A stretch of DNA of 64,000 nucleotides, taken from positions 6,386,001 through 6,450,000 of the forward strand of contig OZ024758.1 in assembly GCA_964016885.1 (NCBI GenBank), written 5' to 3'. Below the pieces are notes generated by a model that worked only from the letters and a program-made list of their open reading frames with translations, did not search any database and was not told where the DNA came from. The position numbers were made by a program, and so were the translations under genes. The DNA comes from Eledone cirrhosa (taxonomy: Eukaryota). Positions 42,262 through 56,152 of this stretch are shown here, piece after piece (positions within the stretch are counted from its first letter, which is position 1; every line of letters begins with the position of its first letter).

Positions 42262-42902
42262 CGTGTAGGTATGTGTACCTATGTATATTGTACGAATGTA
42301 TATGTGTAGTAAATAGAAACATCTCAAACAACGTTACATCTATAATTCGTTTTTTTCCTTGGGGTATCAAAATGTTTTCCTCTCTTCTATGACATTATTT
42401 CTGACACCATTCTACCAAATTCGATGAACAATTACTTACGACTGAGATTTTATAGGCCTCGGGTTTTTTTCTCTATTTTTCTTCATTTACATATCTCCTG
42501 AATCGTTGTTTTAAGTCAATTTTAGATATAAATCCTTTGGTCTATGCTATAGTTGTGTTCTATCTTTACCATTCCGCTTATCCATGACTTTGTTTTGCAC
42601 TTGTGGTTCTTTTGTTAAACTCATTGAAACATTGTCTGAATTTTTTAATGCAAATTATATTTTAACTGTCTACTTATAATAAAATAAAAAGCCAAATAAT
42701 TTAGAAATGATATAACTGATAAACGTCGTACATATAATATATCTGAACATGTCTATACAACCATATACGCACACCCACACACACACACACACACGCACGC
42801 ACACACACACACACACACACATACACACACACACACACACACACATACATACATACATACATACATACATACATACATACATACATACATACATACATAC
42901 AT

Positions 42903-43040
42903 ACCGAAGGAAGTGTGGTAAGGAAGCAGGTGGACCATAGTGCACCAGAGTACTGGATATTTAGGGTAGTAGAGTGGGTAATAGGAAAAGAGTCAGGACC
43001 CCGACGGCTGAGCTCCGGCAGTTTCGACAGCTAGTTCTGA

Positions 43041-43044
<4 letters not shown>
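42903..43044 (-). mobile_element. Family A copy (single arm + tail)
   Basis: Diverged subfamily resembling 13931-14061; lies between (TACA)n and (TA)n. Confidence 0.75.
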
Positions 43045-43079
<35 letters not shown>

Positions 43080-43218
43080 GTGAGGTTTTTTTTTTTTTAC
43101 AAAATGAAAAATAACCGAGGTGTCCTACACGAGTGGAAGTATAAAGAAAAAGGGATGAAATCGAAAATGCAACTGAAGTCTTATTTTTTTTTTTTTAAAT
43201 ATATATATTTATTTGGTT

Positions 43219-43256
43219 CCTTTACCGGTTTCGCAGTTCTTCTGCTTTTCAAAAGG
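43219..43256 (-). ncRNA. Minimal hammerhead, U3:A8 variant
   Basis: Minus strand: CCTT-TTGAAAA-GCAG(AAGAA)CTGC-GAAA-CCGG-TA-AAGG; stems I and II perfect, palindromic stem III, GUA triplet. Confidence 0.8.
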
Positions 43257-43287
43257 TGAGTTGAGATGGAGGGTCTGTGGTTTTTCT

Positions 43288-43358
<71 letters not shown>

Positions 43359-43518
43359 TAGAATTGGAGCTCTGAAATAGCAATATATATATGGATGTAT
43401 ATATAATGTATTTTGCAATACACTTTATGCTTAATTAAAAGCATTTTGAAGACCGTATGCTATTGTTTCAGAGTAGTGACAAATTCACTTACTTTAATCT
43501 CAGCAAACAGGGGAGATA

Positions 43519-43563
43519 AGCCGACAAGGCCTTGTTTCGCTTTTGCTGAAGCTTATCAAGGCT
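43519..43563 (-). ncRNA. Hammerhead, U3:A8 variant with long stem I
   Basis: Minus strand: AGCC-TTGATAA-GCTT(CAGCAA)AAGC-GAAA-CAAGGCCTTG-TC-GGCT; stem I extends imperfectly to 43495/43590 (taatctcag/ctgagatta). Confidence 0.8.
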
Positions 43564-43596
43564 AACTACCCCTCCTGTCTACTGAGATTACTGATG

Positions 43597-43653
<57 letters not shown>

Positions 43654-43780
43654 ATTCGAAGTTGGAAAACCTCGACAATGCAGGTTTTGACAGAGAATAA
43701 TCAAAACATTTTTCTCTGTCCAAACCTGCTTCGAATTCTATACACCATATACAATGCTTCAAGTAAACTACAAATTCCTT

Positions 43781-43843
<63 letters not shown>

Positions 43844-43893
43844 ATGATTGAATTATAACCATCAACATAGTCAAGATATGTCAGGCATCAACT

Positions 43894-43959
43894 TATTTTA
43901 TCTGATGAGAACGTACTGTTGAAATAGCTCAGTAGCTCTGAAATATGTATAATAAAATA
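43894..43959 (+). ncRNA. Hammerhead motif, family C-related
   Basis: TATTTTAT-CTGATGA-GA.CGTACTG...CAGTAG.TCT-GAAA-TATGTAT-A-ATAAAATA; stems I and III as in family C, different stem II. Confidence 0.7.
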
Positions 43960-44001
43960 TATTTGATCACATGAATGTCTATATTTATTAATATTTTGAA
44001 G

Positions 44002-44043
<42 letters not shown>

Positions 44044-44154
44044 GTTACTTCAAAATATTATATATATATATTATATATATATATATATAAAAGAAATAGG
44101 ATTTCGCTTCAAGCATAGCTTTATACAATATGTATAAAGCTAGCGGTGGGAGGG

Positions 44155-44198
44155 ACCGTCCTAACGAAGGCCAGTTAAGCCTGAAATGCATAGACGGT
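44155..44198 (+). ncRNA. Hammerhead motif with G5A core change
   Basis: ACCGTC-CTAACGA-AGGC(CAGTTAA)GCCT-GAAA-TGCA-TA-GACGGT: perfect 6-bp stem I and palindromic stem III. Confidence 0.7.
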
Positions 44199-44446
44199 TG
44201 TCCCCCTTGCTTCTACTGGACATCACCAGAGGGCGCTAGCCCCCCGTTGTTTGCATAGCTACGGCTTCCTTTATACAATATGTATAAATATTTCTTTGGA
44301 GATACGAAATATTTATTTTAATATATATATATATATATATTGCAAACTGACCAGCGAAACTGTACAGTCGGGACTTTGAAGAAAAAATAGGTATATATCT
44401 CTGTCTATTACTTCTTACTTTATAATTTGTTATATATATATATATA

Positions 44447-44646
44447 TATTAAAATAACAGATTAAAGTTTAAGCAAAGAATCGCTGCTTTCACCCTTAAC
44501 GGGATCTTCTGAAGCAGCGATTCTTTGCTTAAACTTTAATCTGTTATTTTAATAAATATTTGCTCTACGGTTCTTATATATTTGATACATATTTATCCTT
44601 ATCGAGCCCTCTTTCGATTTTAGTCTTCAAATTTATTATTATTACT
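44447..44646. mobile_element. Family B: inverted arm + ~90-nt tail with hammerhead remnant
   Basis: ~43-bp inverted arms. Minus strand 44467-44515 reads CAGAAGA-TCCC(GTTAA)GGGT-GAAA-GCAG(CGATTCT)TTGC-TT-AAAC. Second copy at 62110-62313. Confidence 0.7.
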
Positions 44647-44662
44647 ATATATATGTGTCTGT

Positions 44663-44703
<41 letters not shown>

Positions 44704-45423
44704 CATATATATTATTTTAACATGTGTGTGTATCCATCGCATGCATATTTAATCATTGTGTGCTGAATTGTTACAGGGAAAACGATTTCAGCAGCGTAGT
44801 GTTTAAGACAAGATCATTGACAATTTTCGGAACAATGTGTTTGATAGTATCAACAGAACTTAATATAATTGGACAAGATTGTTGTCCTTAGGATACTAGA
44901 GAGTTTCTAAACTCATTTTACGTTGGAATTATAGCACGTAGGTTTAGATATTTTTCTTTCATTTTTATTTTTTTATATTTTTAAATTGATTTGCATTGTT
45001 GTTAGTATATCTGTTGTGTTTCTCTCATTGTAAAAAAAAAAAATAATATAAAACATCTAATGCAACGACTGTTGTAGCAGCATCTGCAGCTGAAAAAAAC
45101 AACTTTAAAAGAGGGATTCGACATTTTCAATGCAATCATACAAACGGATGGCAATTGTATTATCGATGCAGTTAGCTTACTATTAAAAATGTACTTTCAA
45201 TGTAATTAAACATGGCTGTGGTAGTTTTTGTTTTTCAAATATACGATGTTAGAATAATACATCTACAGTTTGGCAGATAAATGTCTCGCCGACACTGCTC
45301 TCATACGAGCTACGGATTATCTCCATATCTTTAAACAGAAAGATGTTAAATCTCTATCGAGGCAAATATTTCAAGATATGTTAATTACTCTTGATAGATA
45401 CATAAAATTAAGTTTCTTGGATA

Positions 45424-45476
<53 letters not shown>

Positions 45477-45505
<29 letters not shown>

Positions 45506-45704
45506 GGCGGCCTCAGCCGGAATGGACTCAACAATTCATCTCCACGTGGGTCTGTCGTTCATTGCCGTTACCAAGTCCTGGATTTCAACACCAGAATCTC
45601 TGGAGATGACATCGGGATAGGAGAGCTTGTGTCCCCTGTTATTAGTGACTGTTTGTGGTTTCCAAAGCACTAATGGGGGACACAGCCTCATAGGTGGCAC
45701 GATG
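45477..45704 (-). mobile_element. RTE/RTE-X-like LINE 3' end with (GAT)n tail
   Basis: 'LVLWKPQTVTNNRGHKLSYPDVISRDSGVEIQDLVTAMNDRPTWR' then a stop and (GAT)n. Confidence 0.75.
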
Positions 45705-46180
45705 AGAGAGAGAGAGGGGGGGAGAGGGAGAGAGAGATGAGGAGGAGAAGGAAGACGATTAACTCAAGGTTCTTGATCTGGAAATTGTATTCTTCAATGT
45801 CATTTCTAATGTTCTCATATGTATTTCTAATGTATTAGTCACTTACTGCGCATGTGCATCGCGAAATATTAACCACTGAAGTACTCTATTAAATGCTTAT
45901 CTTTACGTGTCAGAATGCTTTTCCCACAGAATCGTTATATAAGATATATATAAGGTGTACATAAGAAAAAAGTAAATGTTCGTGACATAATATATATAAA
46001 TTATTATACAATGAATATTTCAACAATATTCTTCGAGGAAAGTATTACAGTGTGACAAGTACACAGTTGTATTATTATTTATTATCAATGGTGAGAGTAG
46101 CTGAAATTGAAATGACAAAATGGAGTGAGGGTTATACTTCAAGTGCCAACTTATCTAATTGATTAAATCGAAGAAATATG

Positions 46181-46207
46181 ATTCAAAACAACACTGTCAA
46201 TGCTAAA

Positions 46208-46243
<36 letters not shown>

Positions 46244-46301
46244 AAGTGATATGTATATACACGTATAAACATATATATATGTATATATACATGTATACAT
46301 A

Positions 46302-46373
<72 letters not shown>

Positions 46374-46431
46374 TATGTATACATGTATATATACATATAT
46401 ATATGTTTATACGTGTATATACATATCACTT

Positions 46432-46467
<36 letters not shown>

Positions 46468-46491
46468 TTTAGCATTGACAGTGTTGTTTTG

Positions 46492-46494
<3 letters not shown>
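46181..46494. repeat. Perfect 314-bp palindrome centred on (TA)n
   Basis: Arms are reverse complements; ORFs 46163-46429(-) and 46246-46689(+) give identical translations over the arm. Confidence 0.9.
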
Positions 46495-46527
<33 letters not shown>

Positions 46528-46536
46528 GTATACATA

Positions 46537-46594
<58 letters not shown>

Positions 46595-46704
46595 CACACA
46601 TATACATGTATATATATATACACACACACATATATATGCACACACACACACATACATATATATACACACACACACACATATGTCAATGACACAACAAAAA
46701 ACAC

Positions 46705-46913
46705 CCAGTATACACTGTAAGAGGCTCCCAGTCCACACAGTAAATGTGGTTGGTGTTAGGAAGGGTATCCAGTCGTAGAAAACCTGCCATAGACACTTTC
46801 GTATGAGCGAGACACTGTCTCCCGACCATTCCCGCATCAAATGGAACAAAACCGTCTAACCCATGCTGGCGTGGAAGATGGATGTTAAACGATGATGATG
46901 ATAATGATGATGA

Positions 46914-46915
<2 letters not shown>
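46705..46915 (+). mobile_element. SINE 3' fragment with (GAT)n tail
   Basis: 'gtggttggtgttaggaagggtatccagtcgtagaaaacc...aacccatgctggcgtggaa...gttaaacgatgatgatg'; family assignment inferred from motif familiarity. Confidence 0.6.
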
Positions 46916-46950
<35 letters not shown>

Positions 46951-48723
46951 GAGAGAAAGGAAAATTGATGAGAAAACATCTTCTTCGAGAAGGACACTTC
47001 AATTATGTAACTCGACTCCATTCAGCACTAATATCAAATTGTTTAGAAATATTACTAAAATTACTTTTGTATTTGAGACACAACGAATAAATATTTAAAT
47101 AATACCAACCGTAGCCTGGCTTGGCAAGATTTATGAATACGTAAATTATGATATATCTTCTATCAATGTTGCCTATTATAAGCGTCCGGTTGTTCGATTT
47201 AGGGCGTCATATTGAATAATGGCGTTTCTAGAGTATTTTAAAATCTGGTGAAGCTTATCTCCTCTCCTGGTCTGAATTCAGCAGATTTCTTCCAGAGAAG
47301 GATATAATGTGACACAATGGAAGAGGGAAAGAGATATAGAGGAAGAATCGCCCCCAGTACCTATGTTAAAAAGGGACTATGTTAACAAATAAACCTCATT
47401 GGTCAGTCTATGAACTTTTCAGTTAACTCTTGTATATATGTATATCAATATAGCTATTTATTTTACTATCTCTCTCTATATATAGGTGTGGATGGATATA
47501 TAATTATATACATATATACTTACATACATACAGTGTTTCTAGAGTATTTTAAAACTTGATGAAGCCTATCTTCTCTCCATGTCTGAATATAGCAAATTAC
47601 TTCCAGAGAAGGATAGAGAGTGTGGCACAATGGCAGTGAGAAAGATATATAGAAGAAGAATGGACCCCAGTACATAACTGGTCATTTTTTATCGATCTTG
47701 AATGGACGAAAGTTGACCTTGGCGGGGTTTCAACTCAGATTGCGAGACGAAATGAATACCGCAAGGCATTCTATCCGTCATTCTAACAGCTCACCCAATT
47801 CACTGCCTTCACTGACAATGAAATGATTTGAAATATGAGTGGCTCATAAATAAACTAAGATGAATTATGTTGTAAGTGTCGACACGCTGTACCCATTTTT
47901 TTATGCTGAGTTTTGCTACGCCGCTCAAAATAGTTCGCTCTTTATTTCAATTAGTATATTTCCTGGCTCTTTTTTCTTAGTGTCCAGATAATATAATTGA
48001 ATAGCTGTAGAAACTGCTGAAAGGATTTCACTGATATCGGTAGAATTCCGATACGGGAGTGTATTTAATGAAGATAAACTAAGACAGATATATTAGTAAT
48101 AGACTGAACTATTGACTTTCATGCCAAAAGATTTGAAAAATTCTACAACGCTAAAATATATTACATGAAAATTACACTCGATTTTTTTCAGAACTTCTAC
48201 AACTACTATTGTACTTATTTTAGAAAGTTTTCCCTGCATATTGATTGATGATAAGGTGATATATATCGAGTATAGTATAGCCAAAGAAAACCGTCTTTTC
48301 GTTAGTGAAATCAATAGCGTATTCAATTCCTAGATCTACCTAGCTCAAATGTCCGTCTCGTAAATTTAGAAGAATTAATCTGTTTCACAAGGTTTAACAT
48401 CATTTTGGCAATTCTTATTATCATTTTTTTTTTTTTTACTTATCTGAGATATTGAGTGGAACCAATGACACATCTTATACATATATATATATATATATAT
48501 TACACAAATAAATAGCAATCCAAGCAGCTGCTATGTCAATAAGGTTATACTGTGCTATAATCATGCAGATTGAATTATCCTCAAATGAACTTTTAGGAGA
48601 ATGTCACGTTCGGAAAGGTAAACATTAACGTCGTATTTTAGGATTATCACAACTATAAATTATGTAGAAAAGTAAATCCGTAAGATTCAAAGTACTAGTG
48701 TCAAGAAAAGCTGATATATATAT

Positions 48724-48817
<94 letters not shown>

Positions 48818-48866
48818 AAGTTTGTCCTCATCAGTGGCCATCCAACCGTCGTAGGCATTTCGTCGC

Positions 48867-48903
<37 letters not shown>

Positions 48904-49511
48904 TATATATATATACTATATATACACTATATATATATATATATATATATTTTATTTTAACCATCAACTTTCGTCAAATCGGACCGAAGAAACGATGTTT
49001 CCGTTGGTCTTTCCAATTGCTAATACTATCTACCGGTTGCAACTCCAGGTAGAAGGAGCAACGTGAAATAAAGTGTCTTGCTCAAGGACATAACTCATCG
49101 CCTGGTCCGGGAATCGAACTCACAACCTCACGATTGTGAATCCAATTCTCTAACCACTCAGCCTTATATATATATATGTATATATATTTACATATATATA
49201 TATATATGTATATATATACAGTATATATATGCATATATCTATATCTATATATATATATTTTATATATGCATATACATATGTGTGTGTGCGTGTGTGTGTA
49301 CATATATGTACATATATATGTATATATGCATTTGTATATATGTATATATATGTATATATATATATGTATATATATTGTTCCCATCTCCCTCTTCCTGGTG
49401 TCAGACACGTAGTGATGAAATCAATCAATCACTATACATAACATTCACTTTGTTCAATAATGCTCGAAATGTAACTCCCAGTCATTATTATCAAATTATT
49501 ATCAAAATAAG

Positions 49512-49703
49512 GGCGGTGGATTGGCAGTATCGGTAGAGGGTCGGACGCGATGCTTTGACGTATAGAGTTACGGCCCTTGCCATTCTGAGTTCAAATCCCG
49601 CCGAGGTTAACTTTGCCTTTCATCCTTACGGGGTCGATAGAATAAAGTACCAGTAATACACTTGGTAATTGCTGGCCTTGTGCCTAACGTAGAAACAATT
49701 ATT
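49512..49703 (+). mobile_element. Meta-domain-like SINE, full length
   Basis: Complete copy of the major SINE. Confidence 0.9.
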
Positions 49704-49788
49704 ACAATAGCATTTATAAAGTCGGTAATGCCGTCACCCAGAATATCCTTAACGTCACTCTTCCTTATATATATATATGTGTATATAT

Positions 49789-49978
49789 AACGAAGGAAAT
49801 GTGGTAAGGAACCAGGTGGACCATAACGCACCAAAGTACTCAATACTTGAGGTAGTAGAGTGGGTAATAGGAACCAGTAAGACCCCGACAGCTGAGCTCA
49901 AGCCGTTTCGACGGCTAATTCAAGAATTAGCCGTCGAAACGGCTTGAGCTCAGCTGTCGGGGTCTTACTGGTTCCTAT
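49789..49978. mobile_element. Family A copy
   Basis: Same termini as other copies, with junction 'aattcaagaatt'. Confidence 0.8.
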
Positions 49979-51036
49979 GTGTATATATATATATATATCT
50001 GTGGTTGTTTGTGCATTTGCGGTATTACATCTGTGTGTGTGCGTGCGTTAATGTATTTATGTATTTATGTATGTATTTATATAGCGTTATCGCATCAAAA
50101 CCACATCAAGCTAATTATAGGAATTAGTGATAAAGAACGAAAGTGTTGTTGAGGAAATAAACTAATTCATTTAAATTTCTTGACTTATAGATTAATTCCC
50201 GCTTAGAAATATACTATTCTCATTTCAAAGAGTTTGTATTAGAACAGCAGCTAAATGACCATATCTCATGCTAATGTTTTCCCCTCATTAGGACGGTGGA
50301 TTGGCAGAATCGGTAGAGAGTTAGACACCATGCTTTCCAGCCTAGGTACGTCCCTTTACGGTCTGAGTTCAAATCCCATCGGGGTTAACTGCTGGCTTTG
50401 TGCCAAAAGTAGAAACAATGTTTTCACCTCATAATTCCAAATGTTTTTTTTATCTTAAATGTAATTTTTAACTGCTCAAATAATTTAAGGAATGCAATAT
50501 ACCTTAGATCATTCATTGGAGTGTTCATCCATTATTCTCGCTTAAGTTGTAAGCTAAATAAATAGTAAGGATGTTATCAATATAAATGTGTATAAGATTG
50601 TCACTATGGACGGAAATGTTGATAAATTGTCTTAAAATAAGGACTAGTATTCTTATTATTATAAAAACTCTGTTAAATTCCAAATTAATCAATTTTAACC
50701 TCGAGTTTTTGATAAATGGGCCTGAAGCCTTTCTTTTTATTTCTGAAATGAGATTATCTTCCCCTGATTCTCTCACTTTCCTAAATAAAAGCCTAATGAG
50801 GTTTTACGATTGTGAACAGAAAGCTGTAGATTACATAAATACAAAAGGGGAATTCTTTAATCTAATCTGGACTACTACAGTAAATAAGATAACGCCTCCA
50901 GTAATGTAGTTCTATGAGAATATTATATCATTGCACAATCGTTCACGAAAATTTACTTTCATTGAGGTGTGGTTATTTAAGAAAGAAGAAAACTTTAGTC
51001 GTTCGACGAACTTTCTGGCCCTTTGTAACTCAATTA

Positions 51037-51101
<65 letters not shown>

Positions 51102-51537
51102 ATTCCACTTTACCTATTTCGAACAAGACATATTCTGTCAATAAGGCGATAAAGCTATTTGAAATGGATGCAACATATCTTCGTCGTGTAACAAATTATT
51201 GATCCTTTCACCATTAGAATACATCAGCTTGTGTTTGCATTCAGTTTAATAATAATGTAGGCCTAATTTCGAAATCCAACAGATACGATAACAATTCAAA
51301 TAAGAATGCCATTTCAGCTAAATATTTCCTGATCTTTAATTTCTTTCGTCATCCTCATCCTTATCATCTTCAGCATCATCATGTATATATATATATATAT
51401 ATATATACTTGTGTATAGTGGTAGCTATGGTGCTTCCATAGGCGGTATGCCAAAATTAGCACTCAATATTCAACAGAGTAGAGTGTGGATAGTATAAAAA
51501 AACGAAAAAATCAGTGATGCATCTGGACTCAATTTAT

Positions 51538-51766
51538 TGCGTGTTACAATTGTTTCGCCGGCAGGTAGCTCGAGACATGGTCCCTGTATGGATCTGGCTG
51601 ATTCTACGGCTGCATGTTCCTTCAGACACGGATAGTTCGTTCGGAGCAAATTTTATCACCCGAACGAACTACCCGTGTCTGAAGGAACATGCAGCCGAGG
51701 AATCAGCCAGATCCATACAGGGACCATGTCTCGAGCTACCTGCCGGCGAAACAATTGTAACACGCA
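51538..51766. ncRNA. Fold-back (~107-bp arms) carrying two opposite-strand hammerhead-like motifs
   Basis: Plus strand 51674-51764: CGTGT-CTGAAGGA-acatgca-GCCG...CGGC-GAAA-CAATTG-TA-ACACG; mirror copy 51540-51630 on minus; loop 51645-51658. Confidence 0.6.
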
Positions 51767-53501
51767 GATTACAGAAAATGGTGGACCTTTAGGCTACAGT
51801 CAGTCACAGGAACTTGTAACATATCCTGAACAAGCAATGCCTGTGCTTTGAAGGTTTTTTAAGTTAAGTGGGGAAAGGCTTTGCACTCGACCAATCCCAC
51901 TCTCTGAGCATCGACAACACTACCCGAAAAGGAGAACTAGTCAACATCATCGGATGCTTCCAAAGCCGCAGGGTTTTTTTTTCAGAGTTCCCCCCTCCTA
52001 GAAAGGTGTTGTGACAACAACTGGGGGCCCTTCACTCCCAGGTGAACAAAAAGTACTATTTAGATGGCCGTTGACTCTGCTGAAAACTACTGCAATAACT
52101 CATATATGTAATATGTGATGAACAACGTACTGTAGTTAATCAATTGCATATCAGTATATTGGTTTGTAGTGTATATTAATTAGCTAGTGTCAGGTTGGTG
52201 GATGGGGAAAATCGTTAAACCAATGATCAAAATACCCTCTGGCTCTTTACATACTAATTTCAAATGCCATCGAGATCAACTTTATTTTTCAACAACCGGG
52301 GTTAATAAAATAGAGTGGGAGTCATTTACTAGATAATTTTAATCGGTCGTCTCCAATTCCAAAATGCCGTCTTTGTGTCTAGTTTAGAAACAATTGATTA
52401 TTTCAAGCGCTGAGCAAGTATGTATAGGAATAAGCTACAAATGTATTTAAACGCGTACTCTTAACAAACATACATTTAGTCTCGCTGTGTAGATAAGCAA
52501 CGTAGTTAAACCATAAACCCTGTTTACTTCAATCGCTCTACTGGGAGAAACGTCAGCTTATAACAGTTCACAATAGAAGGAAATCCGCTCAAAAGAAACC
52601 ACAAGAGAGCAGTTTCTGTCTTCTATGTCATAAATATTTAGAAATATGTAAAACGTATGAAAATATAAAAACAGACACAATGCTTCAAATCAGTTCCTCT
52701 GTACGGTAGGCTAAATACGAGCTAGAATTCTGGTCTTATTTGGAGATGGAATTGAAGCGCATCGAATCACCAGTCAACATTAGTTTACTCGAATATAACT
52801 GTCCTGGGGTTAAGCAACTTCAACAGCAACATATTATGAGAAACGAAAAAGTATAAAACGTAACAGCATGTATATTTTTGAATACAGTATCTTGCTTGGG
52901 AACAAAGGAAATATTTGTGACAATGGCAATGCGATTCCGAGATGCTGTTACATTTTTCAAGGAACTACATAATGGAAAATATATTTTGCAGAGGTATATA
53001 TAAATAATCTATTGCTCGACATGAATTAATACTAGTGCTCAATGGAAAAACATTGTTAGTGTGGTTAATTATTTAAAATGTAGAGAAAATGAAAATCAAA
53101 GTCTAGTTTCACAGAAATACAATATCTGCTACCAATACGAAGTATCCAGGGAATATACTGTCTCTGCCTGTCAAATACACACCAGTATATAATGGATGTT
53201 TCCTCAGTGGAGCTTGTAAAGTATGAGAAAATAAACGAACCATCTACAAAGTAAAACCGATAAAACTTGGACAGTAAATAATGTGCGTCCGAAAATGAAC
53301 AGGTATAGTTCATAGGTCAATAAATACTTCGCACAAGTACTGAGAAATAGTGTTCAAGAATTGACGAGAATTGAAGAGAATGGTAAGTAAAATTGTAAAA
53401 TATAAACTTTACAGCAATTCATCAACTAAAATTGAAAGCCACTCCAACTTGAATTACGTAGAAATAAGATAACCAACGACACGTATATGTACATACATTC
53501 T

Positions 53502-53539
53502 TTCTTCTGATGAAGGACTAGCGTCCGAAACGTTAAGAA
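53502..53539 (+). ncRNA. Minimal type-I hammerhead ribozyme motif
   Basis: TTCTT-CTGATGA-A-GGAC(TAGC)GTCC-GAAA-CG-TT-AAGAA: PLE-type minimal HHR with ACGU stem III; (TA)n starts ~90 nt downstream. Confidence 0.85.
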
Positions 53540-54404
53540 CCTCTTCCTGCTATTTCAAGCGTTAACATAATATATTCCTTCCATATACTGTACCGATTGT
53601 GTTGTTACTTCTGTTTACCTTTTACATATATATATGTATATATATATATATATATAAGTTTAAAGTCTGTCTTAAGTGAGAAGGCTCATTTGGCCGCTGC
53701 TTATCCCGGTTTCATGGAGTGAAGCGACTGAGATTACAAGACGTCCCCGTGGACAGGAAGCCACTCCATCGTAGGGGGTAAACCCCCAGCTATTGCTGGT
53801 ACTTATTTTTAGCTGAGTATGCTGGAGCAACGTGAAATGAAGTGTTTTGCTCAAGAATACAACACACAACCCAGGAGTCGAACCCACGACATTATGATCG
53901 TAAGTCCATCACCCATACCACTAGGCCACGTGCCTCCACATATGTGTGTATGTGTCAAACCAGACAAACTGAGGCTGTGTTAGAGCTAGACCACCGTAAT
54001 TTCCCACTTGCTCAATGATTTCACGGGGGACATGCATTTCCGAGGTGCAGGTTTGTGATTCAGGTCCGATACAATCAGTTAGTCAGTGGCAAAATTAGTT
54101 TTATGTGGGATCGCTATATAAATTTGCTCCGGACCAAACGATAGCCGATACAGCTTGGTACCAGTGGCCTCACAATTTATTTCTACTAGCGCAACGTGAA
54201 ATATAGTATCTTGCTCAAGGACTCCACACATCACTTGGTCGGATAATCGAATTCACGACCTCCCGATTATCAGCCCAACATTCTAACCACCAAGCCATGA
54301 ACCTTCATAATATATATATACGTGTCTGTGTGTGTATATATATATATGTGTGTGTGTGTGTGTGGTCATGCGTATATGTGAGAGAAAGAAAGAGAAAGAA
54401 AGCT

Positions 54405-55330
<926 letters not shown>

Positions 55331-55414
55331 CTACATACATACACCCCCCACACACACATATATATATATATAAATCGAAACGGCTTGAGCTCAGCCGTCG
55401 GGGTCCTACTCATT

Positions 55415-55466
<52 letters not shown>

Positions 55467-56116
55467 TGCGTATAAGCGTTTAGGAAAAGTAAATGTATGA
55501 TGTATATTTATTTTATTATGCATATTTAGTTATTTTCTTCTATGCATAATTATCTGAAATATGAATTTTTCATATTACTCTAAAGTCTTTGCTAAACGTA
55601 ATAGAGTAAGTTGATATTCTTGCAGCATCTATAAAATGTTTGTCAATATTACTAATATTTAATGTACCTTTCACTAGTTATTTCTTATGAGAATTGTGCT
55701 CTTTTTCTATATACTTTTACACGTAATGCAAAAGTAGTCGTGGGATTTGAAATTTTCAGTTCGTTTCAGTAGATCCGGCGGATATAATATAAATATTGCG
55801 TTGCACTGTGTAGAAAAAAATATACGAAAATACATACATACATACATACATACATACATACATACATACATACATACATACATACATACATACACTCACA
55901 CATACACAGATACACATATAGACACACACACACACAAATACATACATATACATATGTATATATATATATATATCCACTATTTGTATAGAAGTCTACTTCC
56001 CTTTTCTAATATATACATATATATATATTCACCACCCCACCCCACTCTCAAGAGCGTGAACCTAATAAACCTTTATTTGTCTGCCTCTCTGTTTTTGTTC
56101 CCGTCCAACTTTTCAC

Positions 56117-56152
<36 letters not shown>

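Noticed and set aside
50586-50909. 107-aa ORF as a gene or transposase
   Set aside because: No recognisable domain motifs; AT-rich codon content typical of chance ORFs.
53065-53313. 82-aa minus-strand ORF or exon partner of 56963-57024
   Set aside because: Acceptor is plausible but the donor is weak and there is no recognisable homology; insufficient support.
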